DNA of 32,000 nt from Candidatus Altimarinota bacterium (GTDB lineage: Bacteria; Patescibacteriota; Gracilibacteria; UBA1369). Position 1 is the stretch's first letter. Each line of letters starts with the position of its first letter. Below are positions 7,598 through 15,904 of this stretch, piece after piece. The DNA lies in NCBI GenBank assembly GCA_041659405.1, contig JBAZYK010000013.1:1-32000 (forward strand). The letters run 5' to 3'. The notes beneath the pieces were generated by a model. That model saw only the letters and a list, made by a program, of their open reading frames with translations. It had not been told where the DNA came from and did not search any database. The position numbers were made by a program, and so were the translations under genes.

Positions 7598-8595
7598 GAA
7601 CTGAACCCCTCTTTTATTTCCCGAATAGTTAGCCGTTTTTCTTTTTGAAGCTGACGGATTTTCTTAGCTTGTTCGATCATGGTTTCAGCGTAGAGCTGAT
7701 ATCCTCCGGGTGAATATTCGGCTACTTTTAAAAGTCCTTCCTGAGTCCAGTAACGGATAGTGGGAACGTTTTCTTCTGAAGCCCCGGCCAGTTCGCCAAT
7801 TTTTAGAAGTTTTTGTTTTTGTGAATGAGATTTTCCTTTTTGAGCAGGTTCTTTTTGCTCAACCGCTTTGAGGTAAATGTTTAGTGAATTTTCGACACTT
7901 TCATAAATTATCCGATAATAATCATTCATACCTTGCGAAAGTTGGCCTTTTTCTATGGCGTTGATATATTTTAAACGATCTTCTTTTTTGATCAGTGCCG
8001 GAGGATAACCCTCTTGCAAAAGCAGCAGGTTCATCAACAGCCGTGCGGTTCTGCCATTACCGTCCGTAAACGGATGAATGCTCACAAACTTAAAATGAGC
8101 ATCTGCAGCAATCTTCACAGGATGATCGTCGATTTTTCCGTGAAGCCATTTGGTAAACTCTGACATCAATTCTGGGACCTTGAGCGGATTCGGCATGACC
8201 ACCGTTGATCCGGCAATTCGCACGGAAACACTTCGGTATCGTCCCGCATTCGTGTCATCAATTTTGCTCAAAATAATATGATGAATATCAAGAATATCTC
8301 TTTCACTAATGTTTCGCCTCTTTTTTTGGACAAATTTCTTGATGTACTCCAGAGCCTGAGCATGGTTGATGGCTTCCAGATGCTCGTTCATGGACTTGCC
8401 GCCAATTGTTATACCTTTTTCAACCACCAGAGCGGTTTCCTGTCGCGACAAAGTATTTCCTTCTATCGCATTCGATGTGTAGGTCAGTTCAATCTTAAAC
8501 CACTGTTCCAAATTCTTAACCAGTTCCGGCGAAAGAGGACGAAATGATTCGAGTTTTTTTTGTTGGGCCGTAATTTTTTTGAGAACTTTATCCAT
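7591..8595 (-). CDS. Fic-domain protein (AMPylase-type motif) fused to a C-terminal MerR-type HTH
   Basis: Canonical Fic motif 'HPFTDGNGRTARLL' (HxFx[D/E]GNGRxxR). N-terminal inhibitory-helix-type motif 'SNAIEGN' ([S/T]xxxE[G/N]). C-terminal 'LKIGELAGASEENVPTIRYWTQEGLL' matches the MerR-family HTH pattern. Start moved to the ATG at 8595 (MDKVLKK...), which removes a 64-codon low-quality extension overlapping the divergent gene at 8742. Confidence 0.85.
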   Translation of the reverse strand: MDKVLKKITAQQKKLESFRPLSPELVKNLEQWFKIELTYTSNAIEGNTLSRQETALVVEKGITIGGKSMNEHLEAINHAQALEYIKKFVQKKRRNISERDILDIHHIILSKIDDTNAGRYRSVSVRIAGSTVVMPNPLKVPELMSEFTKWLHGKIDDHPVKIAADAHFKFVSIHPFTDGNGRTARLLMNLLLLQEGYPPALIKKEDRLKYINAIEKGQLSQGMNDYYRIIYESVENSLNIYLKAVEQKEPAQKGKSHSQKQKLLKIGELAGASEENVPTIRYWTQEGLLKVAEYSPGGYQLYAETMIEQAKKIRQLQKEKRLTIREIKEGFSSQ

Positions 8596-8701
8596 GTGTA
8601 AAGTATAAAGTATTACTTCATGGTTGTCAATGGGCATTATTTTGATTTCAATGCAGATACAAGTTAACCATCGAATGATGTGTACACAATACGCATGGAA
8701 T

Positions 8702-8712
8702 TCTGTTACAAT
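8702..8712 (+). promoter_or_regulatory. Candidate extended -10 promoter element (TCTGTTACAAT) for the exonuclease gene
   Basis: TGtTACAAT at 8704-8712, 30 nt upstream of the ATG at 8742. Same 11-mer as at 5902-5912. The -35 region is weak, as expected for extended -10 promoters. Confidence 0.4.
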
Positions 8713-8741
8713 CAATTTCGTACAATTTATAAATATCCCCC

Positions 8742-9455
8742 ATGCACCTAATCTACCTCGACACCGAAACCACCGGTCTGGACCCAAACGCCCGACTTGT
8801 TCAGCTAGCCTACAAAACTTCCGCGACCGGCGAAGCGTTGAATGAGTACTTCAAGCCACCAATTCCAATTTCGTTTGGGGCGATGTCCATGCATCATATT
8901 ACCGAAAAAAAGGTCGCCGATAAGCCGGTTTTTAAGGATAGCGCGGCGCAGGCCAGGTTAATTGCGCTGCTTGCGGAAGGCCATATTCTCGTTGCCCACA
9001 ACGCCGCTTTTGATATTCATATTTTGAAAAATGAGGATGTAACAATCGGTCAGCACATTGATACTTTGCGATTGGCCAAACATCTTGTAACAAGCGAACA
9101 GTACAAGCTTCAGTATTTAAGATATTTTTTGGATTTGGATGCAGAGGGTTTGCCGCATGACGCGGAAGGGGACGTGATGGTCTTGGAAGCTTTATTTAAC
9201 CGTTTACGTTCGTTGACCCAGGAAAAATTTACGCTAGCAGGTGATGACGAAGTCCTGACGAAAATGTTGGAACTAAGCCAAACACCGGTTTTACTTAAAA
9301 CTTTTGGTTTTGGAAAACACATCAATAAAACCTTTGAAGAGGTGAGTTTCTCCGATCGCGGTTATTTGGAATGGTTGTACGGCAGCGAATCCAAGAAAAA
9401 CAAATCCGACCAGGACGAAGATCTGGTTCACACTTTGAAGTATTATTTAAAATAG
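8742..9455 (+). CDS. DEDDh 3'-5' exonuclease (DnaQ/epsilon-like) with a C-terminal ExoX-like tail
   Basis: ExoI 'YLDTETTGLD', ExoII 'VAHNAAFDIHIL', ExoIII 'HDAEGDVMVL' (the H-x4-D form defines DEDDh). 237 aa, standalone (not fused to a polymerase). Confidence 0.85.
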   Translation: MHLIYLDTETTGLDPNARLVQLAYKTSATGEALNEYFKPPIPISFGAMSMHHITEKKVADKPVFKDSAAQARLIALLAEGHILVAHNAAFDIHILKNEDVTIGQHIDTLRLAKHLVTSEQYKLQYLRYFLDLDAEGLPHDAEGDVMVLEALFNRLRSLTQEKFTLAGDDEVLTKMLELSQTPVLLKTFGFGKHINKTFEEVSFSDRGYLEWLYGSESKKNKSDQDEDLVHTLKYYLK

Positions 9456-9490
9456 GGCCGATAAACCTTGAAAATCTAAGGAGTTGGGTC

Positions 9491-9553
9491 CAAAACCGTG
9501 AATTTATGGTCATTTTAGCTACATTTTTACGTTTATGTTGTCAAAACCGTGAA
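9491..9553. repeat. Two copies of a 12-bp direct repeat CAAAACCGTGAA in a convergent intergenic region
   Basis: Exact 12-mers at 9491-9502 and 9542-9553, between the exonuclease stop (9455) and the helicase stop (9558). Confidence 0.6.
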
Positions 9554-9557
9554 AAAC

Positions 9558-12500
9558 CTATAATCCTTCCCCCGCCATTTCGTAATCCTGCGCGGTAAAT
9601 TCGGGGGCACCGGCGTCAAAATTATCGGAATCATTTTTTGGCTTGGTCCATTCCGCCAAAAGATTATCAACAAAACACTGGATTCCTTCCACATTTTTTT
9701 CGTAATCGGTCACATCCGGAAAATCCAAATCCACAATCTTGCGATACACCACTTGAATCAGTTTTTTCATTTTCTCGGTTTCTTCTTCCGAAATGTTCAG
9801 CTCTAAAAGTTTGATTTCGTCATTGATCGGTTGCAAAAATTCCAGAAAGCCATTTCTGACCTTATAGCGGCCCTTAAAGTCGCGCGCGTTTTCTACCAGA
9901 ATTTTATAAAAAATCAGCTGATTCCTGTTTTTCCAGGCTTTAATTTTTTCAAAATCCTGTTTGCCCTGCCAATCTTGCAGTGGTTTTCCGGTCTTGTAAT
10001 CAAAAACCAGAATCTCTTTTTTATCTTCGTCGTATCTGATCCTGTCGATTTTACCGGTTATCTCCGCCTTTCCAAGCACGACTCCCTGTTGTTGAAAATC
10101 AAATTCGGCCTGGTCTTTCGCATTAAAATCCGCGCGCCTTTTCTCGTAATAAATTTTCAAATGATCCCGCCCTTTTTCTAATAAATGGGCAAAATCTTTT
10201 TGATTCAGTCTTTGTTTAAGCAATGATTTTTCAAATTCTTGAAGCAAGAATTCGAGTTCGGGAACTTCGTTTGTCCGCTTCATTGTCACCAAAAGTTCCT
10301 GAAGCGCCGCGTGCATGGCCGATCCAAAAGCATTCGATGTAGTCAGTTTTTGCGGAAATTTTAAAAGATTCTGTTCCAAAAATTTTTGCGGGCCGCCATC
10401 AACAATATTCAAAAAATTATTCAAATGCGTAACACTCAATTTGTAGTTTTTGATCAGTCCTTTCAGCAAATCATTCTCATCAATATTTCGCACTTCATGG
10501 CGGGACACCTCAAACTGAAGTTCCAAAAGTTTTTCGAGCCCCTTATTTGCCGCATACTCTTCACGATAACCCTCAACCTGTTCCAGACTGATATTTTCAC
10601 GTTTTTTCTTTTCGAACTCGCCCTCTTCCAAAAATCTTAACCTGATTTGTTCATTTCCTTTTGGACTATAAATGTGACGACACAGGTAAAGATTTCTTTT
10701 GGCACGGGTCAAAGTCACGTAAAAAAGCCGCAAAGGGTCTTCCACACTATCACTTTCCGGCGACAAAGGAATATTTGCCGGAAACGAAAGTTTATCGCTT
10801 TTGCGATCAATCCAAAAATCTTCCTGACAATGCAAAACAAAAACATTTTCAAATTCCAGGCCTTTTGCCTTGTGCGCGGTCATCAAATTAACCGCTTTCT
10901 CCTCATCATTAAAGGCACTCTTGTGATGCATGGAAAGGTGGTGAGTCTCGTGCAGCTCCACAAATTCAACCACATCTTTTACAGTCAAAGTTTCGGTCCC
11001 GCGATGTTGTCTGATTTTTTTAACGAAAGCCTGCAAGCTCTGCAGAAAGTCCAAATAATCCAGTCTGGAATTCTCAAAACGCTCATTGCTGAAATAATAT
11101 TTTTTGTAAGGACTTTGAAATTTCGAGGATGGCTCCGTGAAGCCAGACTCCTCTTTAGGAAGAGCCATCCCATCTTCATCAAGCAAATTCTTTTCCTGCG
11201 TCGATCCCGTAATCAGATCAATAATTTCCTCAGCGGTTCCCGCTTTTGCCGCAATCCCCAGATCAAGAAAAAATTCAGCGATCGCTTTAATCTTTTCATT
11301 ATCGCTGGAAAGCATTACTTCCATCCAAAGTTTGCGCTCATGTGAAGCCTGAACCGAAATTTTCCAGACCTCAAGCCGTTCAATTCCCCAAAACTCAAAA
11401 CTCAAAATCTCCGGCAAAAAATCATCGGCTTCCTTTTGCCCCTTTAAAAGCATGGTACTAACAAAGCGCAGCATCAAAATAATTTCACGCAGATGTTTTT
11501 GCTCGAGCAGATCTTTTTTTCGTTCATAAGCCACCGGTATCCCAAAATAATCCAGTACCTTAGCGGTTTCTTCCAGAATCTTATGTTTTGGCGCGATCAC
11601 CGCAATTTCCGAAGGCGGAACTTTTTCCACCTCAATTTTATGTTTGATAGTTTCGGCGATCCAGGCCAACTCTTCAAACCCAGTCTGGAACTCTTTTTCC
11701 AGGATTTCGCCATTCGTTAATTTGGTATTTGCGGATTGAAGTTCTTTTTTAATCTGATCGGGGAGTCGCGCTTCCAGTCTTTCATTCCCGGTAAGAATAA
11801 TTTTTCGAACAAGGTCAAGGATCGGCTGCGTGGAGCGATAATTCTTCTGCAGCACAACCAGTTCCGGATTCAAATATTTTTGGTGAAAATTCAGAATATT
11901 TTCCAAATTCGCGCCCTGAAACTTATAAATAGCCTGATCATCATCACCAACCGCCAAAATATTTGGCCTTCTTTCATTCACTTCGGCATCCAGCAGCAGA
12001 TCCAAAAGTTGCATCTGCACCGCGTTCGTATCCTGAAATTCATCAACCAAAACATACAAATATCTTTCCTGAAGGTTGTAACGCAGCTCCGGATTTTTAG
12101 CGATAACTTCCGCGGTATCCATCAACATATCATCAAAATCAAAATAGCCTTCTTTGCGCAGCTCCTGCTGATATTTCTCGTAAATCTCACACAGTTCAAA
12201 ATGCTTTTTAATATTTTCCAGTTCTTTCAAAGACGGCAAATTTTGATCGTTCTTTTTTAAATATTCATTTTTCCAAACGGTAATTGGCTTTGTATCGGGC
12301 TTTTCGCCACTCATAGAATCTCCAAAAGCCAGCTCCAGACTGTCAATCAATTGAGTCCCGATTGGTTTATAAGGCAAAACCTTGGTCCTTGGCTGCATTG
12401 GGACATTTTTCAACTTTTCCAGAAGTCCGGCAATTTGTTCGAGTGTCTTTTTGCTCATTCTTGCGCTAAAAATCTCCGGAAAAAATCCATTCACCTGTTC

Positions 12501-13043
12501 CAGATAATTTTTATTTTCTTTCAGAATTTCCCGCAGTGTCTTTGGATCAAGCCCGCCTTTTTTCAGTTCACCGATTTTTTTGATGATGTCACGAAGGTAC
12601 GTATAGCCCTGTTCCGGATTATAGGATCTTAGCAGCGTGTCGTGCTTTAACGCCTCCAAGATTTTTTCCACAATTTTATACTGAACCAGTTCATCGGCAG
12701 GATTAAAAGAAGCCCCCTGATAAAAAAACTCCGGATTTCGGTTAATGATTTCCGAACCAAAACTATGAAAAGTGTGAATGGCCACCCTATAAGCTTCCTG
12801 CCCAATCAGACCGGCAAGCCTTTTGCGCATGTTTACAGCCGCCGAATCGGTAAAAGTAAGACAAAGTATGGAAGAGGGAAGTGTATCCGTAGAACGCAAA
12901 ATATTGGCAACCCTTAAACTTAAAAGCTCCGTTTTGCCGGATCCCGGCCCCGCAATCACCAAAACCGGCCCATCTATTGTATCCACAGCCCTTTTCTGCT
13001 CGGCATTCAGGTTCTGATATCTTTCTGAAAAGTGATTATTCAT
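9558..13043 (-). CDS. UvrD/PcrA/AddA-type SF1 helicase fused to a C-terminal RecB-family PD-(D/E)XK nuclease
   Basis: 1161 aa. Walker A 'AGPGSGKT', motif II 'VDEFQDT', 'NYRSTQPIL', 'AHKAKGLEFENVFV', 'YVTLTRAKRNLYL'. C-terminal 'GKIDRI ... LVFDYKTGK ... NQLIFYKIL' gives the D / D-x-K / QxxxY nuclease motifs. Confidence 0.85.
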   Translation of the reverse strand: MNNHFSERYQNLNAEQKRAVDTIDGPVLVIAGPGSGKTELLSLRVANILRSTDTLPSSILCLTFTDSAAVNMRKRLAGLIGQEAYRVAIHTFHSFGSEIINRNPEFFYQGASFNPADELVQYKIVEKILEALKHDTLLRSYNPEQGYTYLRDIIKKIGELKKGGLDPKTLREILKENKNYLEQVNGFFPEIFSARMSKKTLEQIAGLLEKLKNVPMQPRTKVLPYKPIGTQLIDSLELAFGDSMSGEKPDTKPITVWKNEYLKKNDQNLPSLKELENIKKHFELCEIYEKYQQELRKEGYFDFDDMLMDTAEVIAKNPELRYNLQERYLYVLVDEFQDTNAVQMQLLDLLLDAEVNERRPNILAVGDDDQAIYKFQGANLENILNFHQKYLNPELVVLQKNYRSTQPILDLVRKIILTGNERLEARLPDQIKKELQSANTKLTNGEILEKEFQTGFEELAWIAETIKHKIEVEKVPPSEIAVIAPKHKILEETAKVLDYFGIPVAYERKKDLLEQKHLREIILMLRFVSTMLLKGQKEADDFLPEILSFEFWGIERLEVWKISVQASHERKLWMEVMLSSDNEKIKAIAEFFLDLGIAAKAGTAEEIIDLITGSTQEKNLLDEDGMALPKEESGFTEPSSKFQSPYKKYYFSNERFENSRLDYLDFLQSLQAFVKKIRQHRGTETLTVKDVVEFVELHETHHLSMHHKSAFNDEEKAVNLMTAHKAKGLEFENVFVLHCQEDFWIDRKSDKLSFPANIPLSPESDSVEDPLRLFYVTLTRAKRNLYLCRHIYSPKGNEQIRLRFLEEGEFEKKKRENISLEQVEGYREEYAANKGLEKLLELQFEVSRHEVRNIDENDLLKGLIKNYKLSVTHLNNFLNIVDGGPQKFLEQNLLKFPQKLTTSNAFGSAMHAALQELLVTMKRTNEVPELEFLLQEFEKSLLKQRLNQKDFAHLLEKGRDHLKIYYEKRRADFNAKDQAEFDFQQQGVVLGKAEITGKIDRIRYDEDKKEILVFDYKTGKPLQDWQGKQDFEKIKAWKNRNQLIFYKILVENARDFKGRYKVRNGFLEFLQPINDEIKLLELNISEEETEKMKKLIQVVYRKIVDLDFPDVTDYEKNVEGIQCFVDNLLAEWTKPKNDSDNFDAGAPEFTAQDYEMAGEGL

Positions 13044-13105
13044 TATTTAGTTTAAATTTTGTCGCTACTGGGCTATATTCTATCAGGCTTTTTTGATTAC
13101 TGCAT

Positions 13106-14563
13106 ATGTTTGAACAATCCTTTAAAAATATCGACGATATTCTCCACAAAGATGCCGGTGCATCAAGTGAGCTTGATTACGTAGAACAGACCTCGTGGAT
13201 CCTTTTTTTGAAGTATCTTGATGACCTGGAAAAGGATAAAAAGACCGAAGCATCGCTTGCCGGGAAAAAATATAAAGATATTATTGATCCAAAGTTTCGT
13301 TGGGAAGTTTGGGCTGCGCCAAGAACTACAGATGGTAAATTAGACCATCACAAAGCCCTTTCAGGCGATGATTTAAAAGATTTTGTTGATCACCAGCTTT
13401 TTCCATATCTCAAAAAATTCAAGTCGGAAGCCGAAAGTCCGGACACCATTCAATATAAAATTGGTGAAATTTTTAGTGAGATCAAAAACAAGATCCAGAG
13501 CGGCTACAACCTGCGTGAAGTTTTGAATATTATTGACAGTATGCGCTTTCGTTCGCAGACAGAAAAGCACGAACTTTCGCACCTGTATGAAGGAAAAATT
13601 AAGAATATGGGTAATGCCGGCAGAAATGGCGGAGAATACTACACTCCACGTCCGCTTATTAAAACGATTGTTAAGGTTGTCGCTCCAAAAATCGGCGATA
13701 AAATTTACGATGGAGCCGTTGGTTCCGCGGGATTTTTGGTGGAAGCTTTTGAGTATCTTAAGCAGAGCAAGGATCTTTCCACGCATGACATGGAGATTCT
13801 GCAGAAAAAGACCTTTTACGGCAAAGAGAAAAAGTCCCTCGCTTACGTTATTGGCATCATGAACATGGTTTTGCATGGAATTGAAGCGCCAAACATTATT
13901 CACACCAACACTCTTGCCGAAAACCTAGCCGATATTCAGGAAAAAGATCGTTATGATGTTGTCCTGGCTAATCCGCCATTTGGTGGCAAAGAAAGGGCCG
14001 AAGTCCAACAAAATTTCCCCATAAAAACCGGAGAAACTGCGTTTCTGTTTCTTCAGCATTTTATAAAAATTCTAAAAGCCGGTGGCAAGGCGGGCGTTGT
14101 CATTAAAAATACTTTCCTTTCCAATACGGATAACGCCTCTGTTTCCCTCCGCAAGTTGTTGCTGGAAAGCTGCAATCTGCACAGCGTTCTGGATTTGCCC
14201 GGTGGAACCTTCACAGGCGCAGGCGTAAAAACAGTTATTTTGTTTTTCCAAAAAGGCACACCAACCAAGAAAGTTTGGTTTTACCAGCTAAACCTTGACC
14301 GCAATCTAGGCAAAACCAATCCACTTAACGAAAAAGACCTGGAAAAATTCGTGGAACTGCAAAAGACCAAAGCAGACAGCGAAAATTCATGGACGATAGA
14401 CGTCTCAAAAATTGACCAAAAAACTTTCGATCTATCGGTGAAAAACCCAAACAAAGGCGAAGAAGCCGCTTTGCGTGATCCAAAAGAAATTTTGGAGGAA
14501 ATGGGGAAATTGGATAAAGAAAGTGAGCAGATTTTGAAGAAAATTGAGGGGTTTATTTCGTAG
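13106..14563 (+). CDS. hsdM: Type I restriction-modification system, DNA methyltransferase subunit M (N6-adenine)
   Basis: HsdM N-terminal domain pattern ('ILHKDAG...YVEQTSWILFLKYLDD'), 'GEYYTPRPL', SAM motif 'DGAVGSAGFL', catalytic 'NPPFGG'. Confidence 0.92.
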   Translation: MFEQSFKNIDDILHKDAGASSELDYVEQTSWILFLKYLDDLEKDKKTEASLAGKKYKDIIDPKFRWEVWAAPRTTDGKLDHHKALSGDDLKDFVDHQLFPYLKKFKSEAESPDTIQYKIGEIFSEIKNKIQSGYNLREVLNIIDSMRFRSQTEKHELSHLYEGKIKNMGNAGRNGGEYYTPRPLIKTIVKVVAPKIGDKIYDGAVGSAGFLVEAFEYLKQSKDLSTHDMEILQKKTFYGKEKKSLAYVIGIMNMVLHGIEAPNIIHTNTLAENLADIQEKDRYDVVLANPPFGGKERAEVQQNFPIKTGETAFLFLQHFIKILKAGGKAGVVIKNTFLSNTDNASVSLRKLLLESCNLHSVLDLPGGTFTGAGVKTVILFFQKGTPTKKVWFYQLNLDRNLGKTNPLNEKDLEKFVELQKTKADSENSWTIDVSKIDQKTFDLSVKNPNKGEEAALRDPKEILEEMGKLDKESEQILKKIEGFIS

Positions 14564-14629
14564 AAATCTGGTTTGAAATTGGCTAATTGCGGACTTATAA
14601 TTCATTTTTATACAAAATTTCGTATAATC

Positions 14630-14657
14630 TTGACTTATATTTCTATTTTGATATACT
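14630..14657 (+). promoter_or_regulatory. Candidate internal sigma70-type promoter in the hsdM-ATPase gap
   Basis: TTGACT (14630-14635), 16-nt spacer, TG (14649-14650) a TATACT (14652-14657). Lies 33 nt upstream of the ATG at 14691. A second TATAAT lies at 14623-14628. Confidence 0.4.
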
Positions 14658-14690
14658 GTTTGTGTAATATAAGTAATAACTTATCATCAA

Positions 14691-15893
14691 ATGATACATT
14701 CATTTTCCTGCAAAAATTTCTACTCATTTGCCGAATATGCCAGCGTAAAATTTTTAGTGAACGATAAGGTTCCCGCAAAAGAAGCATATTTAAAATCAGA
14801 ATCAGGCGAACGTGTGTCCAAGGCTATGGTCGTTATAGGTCCAAATGCATCCGGTAAAACCAATTTGCTCAAAATTCCGCCGTTTTTAAAATGGTTGATT
14901 GTGGATTCTTTTAATACTAAGCCGGAAGATGAAATACCAATTAAGCCTTTTTTATTTCGTGATTTAGAAAATAAACCAACTGAGTTGTCCGTTGAATTTG
15001 AAATGAATGGCGATATTTATTCTTACTTTTTTGCTCTTTCCGCAAAACGAATTATCAAAGAGGAGTTAAAGGTGAAAAATAAAACCAAACAGAAAACGAC
15101 CACTAAAACTCTTTTTGTTCGTAACTGGAATGAAAAACAACAACAATATGAGTTAAACGATAAAAATTTTAATTTGCCCAAAGGATTTGAAAATGAAAAC
15201 TTTTTACGCTCCAACGCCAGCCTTATTGGCTCCGCCATGCGCTTAAATCATGAACTTAGCCAGGAGATTGGGAAATATTGGCAAAAAATTGAATCAAATG
15301 TTTATGAAGGTGGTCTTCGCACAAATCATATGCACGATTTTCGTGAAGCATTGTCTTTTTTTAGCGATAACGAACCTTTAAAAAAAGAAGCGGAAAAACT
15401 TTTGGCCCGCTACGATATAGGTTTGGAGGCATTTAATATTACAAAAGAAAAAAAAGAAGGGCGCACGCGCGTCGATGCACGCGCGGTACATTCCTTTTCG
15501 GGTCACAAATATGAGTTGCCGATTGAGTATGAATCGTCCGGAACACGCCAGCTTTTCATTCTTTTAAGTACAATTTTACAGGTTTTATCAAATGGAGGGA
15601 TAGCAGTATTGGATGAATTTGATGTTAATCTTCATCCTGACATGGTGTCGGCCTTATTCGATCTTTTTGTTTCACCAGCTACGAATCCCCATAACGCCCA
15701 AATTATTTTCAGTACGCACAGCCATCGCATTTTGAGCGAATTAGACAAATACCAGATTATTTTGACTGAAAAAAATGAGAATGGCAGCAGTGAAGCTTGG
15801 CGATTGGACGAAATGTCCGGTGTGCGTGCGGATGATAATTATTACACCAAATACATTGCCGGAGCATACGGCGCTATACCAAAAATTGATTAA
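14691..15893 (+). CDS. ABC-type (AAA_21/AAA_15-like, RloA/OLD-ATPase-like) ATPase
   Basis: 400 aa. The 'MIHSFSCKNFYSF' start is typical of this family. Walker A 'GPNASGKTN', signature-like 'ESSGTRQLF', Walker B 'IAVLDEFDVNLHP', H-loop 'IFSTHS'. Confidence 0.8.
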   Translation: MIHSFSCKNFYSFAEYASVKFLVNDKVPAKEAYLKSESGERVSKAMVVIGPNASGKTNLLKIPPFLKWLIVDSFNTKPEDEIPIKPFLFRDLENKPTELSVEFEMNGDIYSYFFALSAKRIIKEELKVKNKTKQKTTTKTLFVRNWNEKQQQYELNDKNFNLPKGFENENFLRSNASLIGSAMRLNHELSQEIGKYWQKIESNVYEGGLRTNHMHDFREALSFFSDNEPLKKEAEKLLARYDIGLEAFNITKEKKEGRTRVDARAVHSFSGHKYELPIEYESSGTRQLFILLSTILQVLSNGGIAVLDEFDVNLHPDMVSALFDLFVSPATNPHNAQIIFSTHSHRILSELDKYQIILTEKNENGSSEAWRLDEMSGVRADDNYYTKYIAGAYGAIPKID

Positions 15894-15904
15894 CCCGCTC
15901 CGTC

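Noticed and set aside
8596-8787. 64-codon N-terminal extension of the Fic ORF (track start 8787)
   Set aside because: The extension (MGPDRWFRCRGRLGAW...) is Cys/Trp/Arg-rich nonsense-like sequence. It would overlap the divergent exonuclease start (8742) and its promoter. The ATG at 8595 gives a normal Fic_N-type start.
9831-13017. Series of + strand ORFs (116, 84, 232, 76, 71, 75, 174, 93, 64 aa) and a 65-aa minus-strand alternate-frame ORF (10985-11182), all inside the helicase-nuclease gene
   Set aside because: All lie within a 1161-aa ORF that has a complete helicase and nuclease motif set. Their translations are low-complexity (F/I/L/K-rich) with no motifs. These are typical shadow ORFs of an AT-biased coding strand.
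13373-13903. 176-aa minus-strand ORF inside hsdM; similarly the 144-aa minus-strand ORF at 23163-23597 and other short ORFs inside hsdR
   Set aside because: They are antisense to strongly supported hsd genes and have no motifs.
14573-14767. 64-aa + strand ORF spanning the hsdM-ATPase gap
   Set aside because: It overlaps the ATPase start in another frame and covers the promoter-like sequence. The peptide is Ile/Leu/Phe/Cys-rich and implausible.
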